Part shown: positions 20,053 through 28,750 of the stretch, one piece after another | Position numbering within the stretch: position 1 is the first letter of the stretch | Layout: each line of letters starts with the position of its first letter | Assembly (NCBI GenBank): GCA_963798845.1 | Contig: CAWCUS010000002.1 | Coordinates: 32,001 to 96,000, forward strand | Source: an uncultured Gemmatimonadales bacterium | GTDB lineage: Bacteria > Gemmatimonadota > Gemmatimonadetes > Longimicrobiales > RSA9 | Direction of reading: 5' to 3' | Length of the DNA: 64,000 nt | Program-made: the position numbers and the translations under genes | Notes under the pieces: generated by a model | The model's database searches: none | Seen by the model: only the letters and a program-made list of their open reading frames with translations | What the model was told of the DNA's origin: nothing

Positions 20053-21369
20053 CTACCGGAACGACAGCGCGAGCCCGAGCGCCGCCAGGGTCTGGTCGCC
20101 GAAGTCGTCGTGCCGGGTCGCCGCGGCGCCGTTGATCTGGAACGCGCCGAGATGCACCCCGAGCCCGCCGGCGAGCTGATATCCGCCGGAGACGGCGGAT
20201 ACGCCAGCCTGGAGCGGAAGGAAAGGTAGGATGGTGAGCTCGGCCCCGAGGCCGGCGTGGGTGCGCGCGCCGACGTGCAGGTCGTCGCCGAAGGCGTGCC
20301 TCAGGTCTCCCGTGACCGTCAGATAGGGGAGCACTCGGGCGGCAGCACCGGCGGCGAGCACGGGCGAGAACGTGAACAGGTCGTCGATCCGGCGAGCGAC
20401 GTCGCCGGGGAGCGGCCCGTCGCCCGGCACCAGGTCGAAGCTGGTATAGGACGTGTCGGCCGTCCACACCGCCGCGCCCGCCCGATACTCCACGTTCGAC
20501 GTGTCCCACTCGAAGGTGTTGAACAGGTTCTGGAGGACGACGCCGGCCGAGAAGATCCCGCCCTGCCAGGCCGCGCCGACGTCCATCCCGACGCCGCGCC
20601 CGTTGTCGAAGAACTGGCTCTCGCCGGCCTCGCGGGCGCTGTCCGAGAGGGGCGAGCTGACCACCGGGAAGTGGATGGTCACGGCCACCGGGTCGCTGGT
20701 GATGCTGCCTCCCTCCTCCTGTCCGGAGATGAAGAAGTTGCCGACCGTGTACTTCAGCGTGACGCCCAGGGCGAAATGCTGGTCGGGTAGTGATCCCAGG
20801 CGGAGCGCCAGCGGAGCTGCGAAGCTGGCGGCGATCGTGCTCGTTCCCGCCATGTCGAATCGGGACCCGGCGAGGGTGTAGTCGCCCGGCTCACCCGAGA
20901 GGCCGGCGTTGCCGAACAGGAGCAGCTCGGCGACGTCCGGGGCGAGATTGATGCGCCCGCGGAGACTGGTGGAAGCGGACAGCGCGAAGTGGCCGGCGCT
21001 GAACGCCACGTAGGTGACGTCGCCGCCGAGGTCACCCTTCTCGCCGCCATCGCCGCGGATGGCGTCGAGCCAGGCGAGCTTGACGTCCCGCGGAATCAGC
21101 TCGCCTCCGTAGTCGGCCAGGTCACCGGTTGTCACGGGCCCCACGCCGACCATGCCGACGATAGGGATCACCGTGACGGAGGTCTCCGGGTTGTCCGGCA
21201 TCCCGAGCCCCGCCGGGTTCCAAGCGGGCGCGGAGAAGCCGCGGGCGAGGGCCGTGTAGTTTTCGCCGAGGCCGAGGGCGCGAGCCGAGGGGTTGCCAAC
21301 CTGGGCGCTGGCGGCGGCGGGCAAGGCAAGGGCGAGCGCCGCGGCGGCGCCGAAGCAGAGAGCGCGCAT
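20053..21369 (-). CDS. outer-membrane beta-barrel protein (FadL/DUF5723/TraF-like)
   Basis: Signal peptide, ARALGLG...WNPAGLG FadL-like plug motif, alternating beta strands, C-terminal LALSFR. Confidence 0.7.
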   Translation of the reverse strand: MRALCFGAAAALALALPAAASAQVGNPSARALGLGENYTALARGFSAPAWNPAGLGMPDNPETSVTVIPIVGMVGVGPVTTGDLADYGGELIPRDVKLAWLDAIRGDGGEKGDLGGDVTYVAFSAGHFALSASTSLRGRINLAPDVAELLLFGNAGLSGEPGDYTLAGSRFDMAGTSTIAASFAAPLALRLGSLPDQHFALGVTLKYTVGNFFISGQEEGGSITSDPVAVTIHFPVVSSPLSDSAREAGESQFFDNGRGVGMDVGAAWQGGIFSAGVVLQNLFNTFEWDTSNVEYRAGAAVWTADTSYTSFDLVPGDGPLPGDVARRIDDLFTFSPVLAAGAAARVLPYLTVTGDLRHAFGDDLHVGARTHAGLGAELTILPFLPLQAGVSAVSGGYQLAGGLGVHLGAFQINGAAATRHDDFGDQTLAALGLALSFR

Positions 21370-22427
21370 CAGCCAACCTCCGCCGTGTCGCCAATCAGGA
21401 GCACAGCGTTCAGCTCGATCGCCACACGGATCCTGTCGGTCGGGTGAAGCGTGACGGACCCCGTCTGGCTCGTGCCCGTTCCGGTGGCGGTGATCCGAAC
21501 GTCCGGGCTCGACAGCAGACTGCGGAGCTGCTCCGGGGTGAAGTCCACCCGCACCTGCTGCTCGCCCGGCTGGAGCGGCACGGTCCTGCGGATGGTGCCG
21601 TCGGCCACGCCGAAGTCGAGGACGAGGGAGCCGGACACCGCCAACGGGTTGTCGGTCGACAGGATCAGCGCCCCCGACTGGACGTGGCTCACGATGGTCG
21701 AGTCCACGTCCAGGTTCGCGGTCTGGCTGTACGGCCCGAACGCGCGCGTGTCCAGGGGCACCGTGGCGCCGGAGAACTGCAGCGTTCCGGGCGACAGCGT
21801 GACCTTCAGGCCGTCATCCGCGCCGACGCTCACCGGGCCTCCGGCGGGCGAGTACACGATCACGTCGAAACCGAGCTGCCCGGTGACCGTGGCGGGCTCC
21901 AGCTCGAGCGACGGACGGAGCGTGTCCGCTGCCGTGAAGCGCGCGTCCGCCCCGTCGATGCTGTCCTGCGCGACCAGAACGCCGTCGCTGGTCACGCGCA
22001 CCACGACATAGCCGTGCCCGGTCGCGCCGGGCGGCGACAGAGGATCGAACTCCAGCGTGTGCGTGATGGCCATGGCCACCGACCCGCCGGCCACCTCGGC
22101 GGAGACCAGGTCGGTGGCCAGCGTGGTGGTGGCGGTGAGCGTTTGGCGGAACTGCGGTTTCACGGGCAGGGTCCCGGTCCCGGGGCACAGCCCGCCGCAC
22201 AGGCTGGCGAGGGACACCGACACCGCAGTGCCGGGATAACTCACGACGAAGCGGCTGCTGTCCGGGCTCAACCCGATGCCGTCCGGCAGGAAATCGGCCG
22301 TGCCGACCGTCACCGAGTCGAGCGCCACCTGCCATTCCTGCTCGAGGAGCGGCGCCTCGGTGGGAACATCGCACGCCACGGCGAATGCGGCGGCAGCTGC
22401 GAGCGTCGCGAGGCATCGTCGCGTCAT
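21369..22427 (-). CDS. hypothetical beta-rich lipoprotein, coupled to the barrel gene
   Basis: Start ATG 22427 with GGAG RBS; AVAC lipobox; stop overlaps the next ATG. Confidence 0.75.
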   Translation of the reverse strand: MTRRCLATLAAAAAFAVACDVPTEAPLLEQEWQVALDSVTVGTADFLPDGIGLSPDSSRFVVSYPGTAVSVSLASLCGGLCPGTGTLPVKPQFRQTLTATTTLATDLVSAEVAGGSVAMAITHTLEFDPLSPPGATGHGYVVVRVTSDGVLVAQDSIDGADARFTAADTLRPSLELEPATVTGQLGFDVIVYSPAGGPVSVGADDGLKVTLSPGTLQFSGATVPLDTRAFGPYSQTANLDVDSTIVSHVQSGALILSTDNPLAVSGSLVLDFGVADGTIRRTVPLQPGEQQVRVDFTPEQLRSLLSSPDVRITATGTGTSQTGSVTLHPTDRIRVAIELNAVLLIGDTAEVG

Positions 22428-22577
22428 GATGGGTTCGGCTCCTGATCCGGATGTGTCGCGCCTGAAGAGCATGCATGGGAGAGAGAGCAAATGATAAACC
22501 GGTCGAGCCGGCAGCGTCAACGCGCGACCGGGGGGCGGGGGGTGGCTTCGGGCAGCAGCAGACGGGCGACTCGGTGG

Positions 22578-23114
22578 TCAGCGAGGCGGCGCGACTTCAC
22601 CCCACGACGACGGCGAGGTCCCGGGCTCGCCGGCGATCCATACCCGCCGGCCGACGAGCGCCCGGAGCCCGGCCGGAGCCTCGCCGAACCGGACGCGGTG
22701 GCCGTCGCCGGTGGCGAGCACGGCGGCGCCGCCATCGAGCTCGAGGACGCCGTCGACGACGGGCATGTCGGCCACCTTCTCGACCCGGAACCATCGGACG
22801 CGCAGCTCGTCGTCGCGGCGGTCGCCGACCACGACCGCTTCCGCGCGGGAAAGGGAGAGGAGCGAGTCGGCGACGGGGCCGGTGAGGCGAACGCGGGCGT
22901 CGTCGGTCCGCAACTCGACGCGGGGAAGCGGATCGGCGCCCGTGACCAGGATCATCCCGGAAAGCGTGTCCCGCGCCTGCGGCGCGAGCTCGGCGGGGCG
23001 GCCGCCGGCGCGGCAGCCCGGGGCCACGAGTCCCAGCGCACCGGCCAGGAGGAGGCCGATCACCGGACCGCCGGCGGGCCGGACCCGCGGGAAGGGAGGG
23101 CGGGGACGCATCAT
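22578..23114 (-). CDS. hypothetical exported protein/lipoprotein
   Basis: ATGA overlap with the upstream gene; hydrophobic stretch ending APGC. Confidence 0.6.
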   Translation of the reverse strand: MMRPRPPFPRVRPAGGPVIGLLLAGALGLVAPGCRAGGRPAELAPQARDTLSGMILVTGADPLPRVELRTDDARVRLTGPVADSLLSLSRAEAVVVGDRRDDELRVRWFRVEKVADMPVVDGVLELDGGAAVLATGDGHRVRFGEAPAGLRALVGRRVWIAGEPGTSPSSWGEVAPPR

Positions 23115-25940
23115 TGCACCCTCACGATGGCAAGGCCGAGGTTGGAGGGCGTGCTGCCGCCCGAGGGGGAGAGGATCTGGAGCAGCTGCCCGCCGGGGAA
23201 CGCACCGGAGAGCTCGAAGATCGAAGCGCTGCCGCCGCGCACGCCGCTCACGTCCACGGTGAAGTCGCCGAAGGAGAGCGCGTGGGTCGAGAGAGGCCAC
23301 GGCGTGGGGTAGTTGCTGGCCACGCTGGAGTTCGCGTAATCCTCGTGCATGCCGTCGAAGATGTCGCGCGTGTCCCAGCCCGGGAGGCCGAGCGCGGCGC
23401 GCTGCGGCGAGACGCCCGATGGGTGGTCGTCCACGGCCATGGCCAGGCTGAAGTCGGCCAGGAGGTCGCGGAAGCTGCGCCCGGTGCGGGCGATGATGTT
23501 GGCCACGCCGGTGGCGTACCGTTCGTCGACCATGGCCTTGATGAACTGGGCTTCATCCCGCCCGGACTGGTCGATCGCCCAGCGGACGAAGAGCCAGCCG
23601 CTGCCGTAGAAGGACCAGTCGCCGGATACGGCGCGGCCCAGTGGAGAGAGCCCCTCGATGCCCTGGTAGTACGTGTTCAGCCCAGCGAAGTGGTTCCCCA
23701 TGATGAGCGGATACGGGTCGCACTCGGGCCAGTTGGGGCCGACCCGGCGCTCGCAGTAGATGCTCTCGTGATAGCCGACGTTGGACGTCCGGGTGAAGCC
23801 GAACAGAGCGCGGGCGTAGTACTCCTCCGCGAGCCTCGCCGTGGACTCCTCCAGCCACTGCTCCTCCCAGTTGGCGGTTCCGCTGCCCGCGGCCACCAGC
23901 TTGTGGGCGTACGAAGTGATGTGCTTGACCTCGTGGATGACGGTGGACCTCATCCCCCAGCGCCATGCCAGGATCGAGTTGCCGTCATAGCCGCTGCTGG
24001 GGTCCGTGGGCACGCGGCCGTAAAACATTCTCCGTGGCATTGCTCGCGGGGCACTGGATCCGGGTGAAGAAGTCTCCGGAGAACACGAAACCTTCCACGC
24101 CCGCGGTGAAGTCGTTGACGTTCTTCGAGAAGAGCATGAAGAACCGGCCATCGCCGTCCAGGTGGCTGTCGTAGACCAGCGGGTCACCGAAGTACTGCAG
24201 GAGCACCGGGTACATGACCTGATCGAACTCCTGTCCGAGCCTCGCCCAGGCCGTGTCCATGGTGCCGGCCAGCGGGGCGGCCGTGTCCTCCCAGACGACC
24301 CCCTTCGTTCCCGAATAGGCCACGCGCGCCGTGACCGTTGCGTAGTCGCTGCACAGCTGGTCTCCGTCGATGTTCGGGATCCGGAACGTGCGGACGTCGC
24401 CCGGCTGCGGTGCGGTGGCCGACGCAGTGGCGCGGGCCGAGACCGCCCCGTCGGCGGACGTCTGAATCCGCGTCCCCGGCCACCCCAGCGTGCGCAGCAG
24501 CCGCTGGTTCGCGTCCAGCATCCGGAGGTGCCCGCGGGCTTGGGGGTTGTCCGGGAGCGTGACCGCGGCAGGCTCGATGCTGAGGAAGCGGCGGGCGCCA
24601 GCGCCGGCCGCGCGCAGAGCCGCGCCGGGGGCGTCGGCGGTGCCCTTGAGCTCGAACCCGGTGAACACGCTCAGCGACGGGCTGGCGTTGAACACGGTTG
24701 CGACGTAGTGCCCGTCCGCCGTGAGCTCGTTGCACGCCGCGGCGCCGCCATGGAAGACCACCGACTCGCCCACTGCGAGGGCGTGGCGCTCCGCTCCGGC
24801 CACGGGGTGCGCCAGCGTGGCCGCGAGGTCGTTGACCGAGACCACCACGTCCATGTCCGTCTGCGGGCCGCACGGGAACGCGCCGGGCGCGGGCATGACG
24901 GCGCGGATCTCGGTGCTGGTGGCGCTCTGGACGGTGGCGGGGATGCCGCCCACGGTGACCGCGATCGCGGACAGGCTCGAGGAGAAGCCAGTGCCCGTGA
25001 TGGTGGCCGTGTCGCCCGCGCCGAGCACGGCGGGGAGGATGGCCGAGATCTCCGGCTTCGGGCCGGATCGCACGCGCGCGTTCGCCTCGGCGGTGAACGA
25101 CCCGGCGCTGGCGGTGATCACGGCGTCGCCCGGGCCGATCCCGCGCACGGTGCCCCCGGCGTCCACCGTGGCAACGCTCTCATCGGAGCTGCTCCAGGTG
25201 GTGGCCATGGTGGTGTCCACGGCGTTGCCCCGGGCGTCGGCCGGCGTCGCCGTCATGTTCACCGAGTCGCCGGTCGTCAGCGCGGGCGCGGGCGGGTCCA
25301 GGCGCAGCCCGGTCACAACCTGGTCGACGACGACCCGCGCGGTGTCGGTGAGCGGACCGTTCACGACCACGATCAGGGCGCTCCCCTCTGCACGCGCCAC
25401 GACCGTCCCGGCGTTCACGCTGGCGACTTCCGGCGCGGTCGAGATCCAGGTCAGCCCGGAGGTGGACGTGTGGTTGTCGTAGCTGTCGCGGCCGTCCGCG
25501 TGGATGTGGAGCGTGTCGCCCAGGGAGGTGAGGGTCGTGTCCTGAATGTCCAGGACCACGGCCGCCGCCGGACCGGGGCTGACATACGTGTCGAACACGG
25601 CCTGGAGTGACCCCACCGTGGCCGTGAGCTGCTGCTGTCCGGAGACGGTGCCGAGCGTCCAGCGGGTGGCCGCCACCCCGCGACCGTCGGTGGCGCCGCG
25701 GGAGGGGGTGGCGCTGCCGGCTGTCGCGCTCCACGACACCTCCACGCCTTCCACCCCGCGCCCGTCCTTGTCGGTGACGGTGATGGCGACCGAGTCGACC
25801 ATGCCGCCCACGACGAGACCGCCCGGGATCGCGCGCTTCTGGATGGAGGCGGGCGGACCGGAGCTGGGGCCGGTGCTGTCGCACGCCGACAGGAGCACGA
25901 CCCCCGCGAGAAGGGTCAGGCCGAGAGCCGCACTGCGCAT
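23111..25940 (-). CDS. Ig-like (Big/IPT) lipoprotein with C-terminal HExxH metalloprotease-like domain, frameshifted near 24028
   Basis: LSAC lipobox, Big_2-like WSSSDESVATVD, IPT-like TITGTGF in ORF 23985..25940; TVIHEVKH...WLEES in ORF 23111..24187. Removing one base joins ASNATE to MFYGRVP. Confidence 0.8.
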
Positions 25941-26013
25941 GGAAGTTCCTCTGGTTCCGCTGGGATCCTGCGGCGCACGGGGGCGCCTCCCGGAAGAATG
26001 TAGAAGGACGATA

Positions 26014-26052
26014 GCCCCCGGCGGTGGGCAGCGGAAGGCCGCCGCCGGGGGC
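26014..26052 (-). terminator. 14-bp GC hairpin just after the M14 peptidase stop
   Basis: GCCCCCGGCGGTGG pairs with CCGCCGCCGGGGGC; only a weak U-rich tail on the minus strand. Confidence 0.4.
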
Positions 26053-26060
26053 GGGACCGT

Positions 26061-28655
26061 CTACATGGCGCCGCCGAGGAAGACGGCGTTGGCGAAGAGC
26101 GGGAGCAGCCCGCGCCACATCGCGCGGAAATTCGGGTCGCCGGTGAAGGCGATGAGGCGGCCGGAGCCGAGGCCCTCGGTGAAGAGGTACGGCGTCCCGG
26201 CCACGCGGGCCGGGATCTCGGGCCAGAGGTAGCCGGCCAGGCGGAGTCGGTCCTCGTCGGCGTAGCGGAGCACGACCTCGCCGGGCCGCGCGTCGTCGGG
26301 CGCCTGGTAGACGCGGCTGCCGAAGAGAAGAACCGGAATCTCCCGATCCTCGATCCCCGCCATGATCGGAGAGAGCGTGTCGGCAACGGTGCGCAGGATG
26401 GCGCCCGGCACGGAAGTCGGGAGTGGCGCCCCGGTCTCGCCCTCGGCCGGCTCCGGCTCGGGCCGCGCGGTCAGCCGGGAGAACCCGTCCGCGGAGGCGA
26501 GCCAGGCGGTCGCGGCGTCCAGCGTGATGAGCGTGCCGCCGTTGCGGACCCAGGTGCGGAGCGCGTCCGCGCCGTGGTCGCCGAGAGCCGAGCCGAAGTC
26601 GAACGCGGACGGCACGACCACGACGTTGAAGTCGTCGAGGGCCTCGAGGAGGTCCGGCAGCTCGATGCGCGTGACGGGAAAGTCGAGGAGCTGGTCGAAC
26701 GTGAACCAGGTGGCCCCGTAGGAGCTCGAGCTCACCGCGTCGCCGGCCACCAGCGCCACGCGCGGGATCGGGATGGACTGCACGCTGTTGCTGCCCAGGT
26801 CGGTGCCGCTCTCCACCAGGGCGTTGTTCACCGGAACGACGCGCGCGCGCGTGGCTTCGCCCGCCCGCGCCACCAGGGCGTGCACGTCTCGCCCGGGGTT
26901 CCGGTTCACCACCACGACGAAGGCGCCACGCGGGAAGTCCCCGCCGGGGACGGTGAACGAGCGGGGGGCGAAGCGCACCCGTACACTGTCGGCCAGGAGC
27001 CGCGCGAGCATGCGCAGTCCGCTCTCGCTGCCCGGCTCGAAGGCGTAGGCGTACCCGGCGCGGCCGGGTGGGGCGGGAGCGGCGGTCTCCGGCGGGACCT
27101 CGCCCGTCGGCTGCACGGTTTCCGGCGTCCACCACGCGTCGACCCGGTAGAGGAAGGGGAGCGCCCAGCCGGTCATGTCGTAGAAGCGGTCGCCCATCCC
27201 CGCTTCGCGCCGCGCAAGCTCCTCCTCGATGAACGCCGGGTCGAAGGCGGGATCGGGCTCCAACAGCGTCTTCGCGAGGGTTCCCTCGGGCTGCGAAAGG
27301 TCGACCACGTAGGCGCCCGCGTCCACGCGCACGCGGCCCGCATGCTGATCGCCGTAGCGGGTCGCGCGGCGCAGGTCGACCGGGGCCGTGGTGCGCTTCA
27401 CCTCGATGTCGTTGCGGCGCAGCACCGTCACCATGGAGTCTGCCCGGCCATCGGCGTCGCGGGCGAAGATGAGCGTGCGCATGGGGGCGTTCGCGTTGCC
27501 GCGGATGGACGCCTGGCGGAAGGCCAGGAAATCGCCCACGCGCTCGGCGCGGTAGCGGGCGGCGGTGAGCAGCGTCGCCCGGCTGGTGGTGTAGTGGTGC
27601 TTCGCCGCGTCCATGAGGGTGAGGAGGGAGCCGTCATCGCGGCGGATCGCCCCGCCCTCGCTGGAGCCCTGCTCGTAGGTCATCCCGATGGCGCCGCTGT
27701 AGAGCGGCCACGAGGGGCCGTAGCCGGGGAAGAACTCGTCGTAGCCCTCGCGGGTGAAGAAGCCCCAGCCGTGCTCCGCGAACGCCGCGGCGTTGGCGCG
27801 CGAGAAGCGCTGCCACCCCTTGCGGATGAGGTCGGAGACATTGGCGTTCACAGGCGCCATGGGCGGAGCGAAGAAGTACGTGGAACTGGACCCCATCTCG
27901 TGCAGGTCCGCCGCTACGTGCGGGTACCACTTCCGGAACACGGCCATCCGGCCCTGCGTCTCCGGGTTGTCGTGGACGATCCAGTCCCGGTTCAGGTCGA
28001 ACAGGTAGTGGTTCGTCCGCCCGCCGTGCCAGTCGTGAAAGTGGACCACCGCGCGGGGGTACGGGTCAGGGCCGAAGCGGCCCAGGTCCCACATCACCTG
28101 CTGCACGTGCCGCTCGTGGCCGTCCGGGTTCTGCACCGGGTCGATCAGCACCAGGACGCTGTCCAGGATCATCTTCGTGTCCGGGTCCTGACCGGCCGTG
28201 AGCTGGTACAGCGTGGCCATGGCCGCTTCCACGCCCGACGCCTCATCGCCGTGGACGGTGTAGCCGAGCCACACGATGGCGGGCGTGGACGCGACCGCCT
28301 GGCGCAGCTCCGCTTCCGAAGCGCCACGGGGATCCGCGAGCCGGTGGGCCAGCGCGTTGAGCTCATCGAGGCGACGCATGTTGGCCTCGGATGACACCGT
28401 GGCCAGCAGCACCGGTCGACCCTCCCAGGTCGTCGCCACCGTGTCCAGGCGCATGCGCGGACTCGCGCTCGCCAGCGCGGACAGGTAGCGCACCACCATG
28501 TGGTCGGGGGTGAAGCGGGTGCCGATCTCGTAGCCCAGCACCGACGCCGGGGTCGGGATCGAGGGATCGTATGGCCCGCCCTCACCCAGCGCGTGCTGCG
28601 CGACGGCGGGAGCGGCGGAAACGAGGAGCAGGCAAAGGGCGAGGAGACGCCTCAC
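26061..28655 (-). CDS. M14 zinc carboxypeptidase, secreted
   Basis: Signal peptide, VHGDE, NPDG, DLNRD, DLHEM, MTYEQ; C-terminal DPNFRAMW domain. Confidence 0.9.
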   Translation of the reverse strand: MRRLLALCLLLVSAAPAVAQHALGEGGPYDPSIPTPASVLGYEIGTRFTPDHMVVRYLSALASASPRMRLDTVATTWEGRPVLLATVSSEANMRRLDELNALAHRLADPRGASEAELRQAVASTPAIVWLGYTVHGDEASGVEAAMATLYQLTAGQDPDTKMILDSVLVLIDPVQNPDGHERHVQQVMWDLGRFGPDPYPRAVVHFHDWHGGRTNHYLFDLNRDWIVHDNPETQGRMAVFRKWYPHVAADLHEMGSSSTYFFAPPMAPVNANVSDLIRKGWQRFSRANAAAFAEHGWGFFTREGYDEFFPGYGPSWPLYSGAIGMTYEQGSSEGGAIRRDDGSLLTLMDAAKHHYTTSRATLLTAARYRAERVGDFLAFRQASIRGNANAPMRTLIFARDADGRADSMVTVLRRNDIEVKRTTAPVDLRRATRYGDQHAGRVRVDAGAYVVDLSQPEGTLAKTLLEPDPAFDPAFIEEELARREAGMGDRFYDMTGWALPFLYRVDAWWTPETVQPTGEVPPETAAPAPPGRAGYAYAFEPGSESGLRMLARLLADSVRVRFAPRSFTVPGGDFPRGAFVVVVNRNPGRDVHALVARAGEATRARVVPVNNALVESGTDLGSNSVQSIPIPRVALVAGDAVSSSSYGATWFTFDQLLDFPVTRIELPDLLEALDDFNVVVVPSAFDFGSALGDHGADALRTWVRNGGTLITLDAATAWLASADGFSRLTARPEPEPAEGETGAPLPTSVPGAILRTVADTLSPIMAGIEDREIPVLLFGSRVYQAPDDARPGEVVLRYADEDRLRLAGYLWPEIPARVAGTPYLFTEGLGSGRLIAFTGDPNFRAMWRGLLPLFANAVFLGGAM

Positions 28656-28750
28656 GTCCAGCCTCCGGTTGGTCGCATTCTGTGGTCAGGTGTGACCGCA
28701 AAAGCTACGGAAGCCGTGGAGCGGGGGCCAGCCCCGCACGGTGCGGGCGC

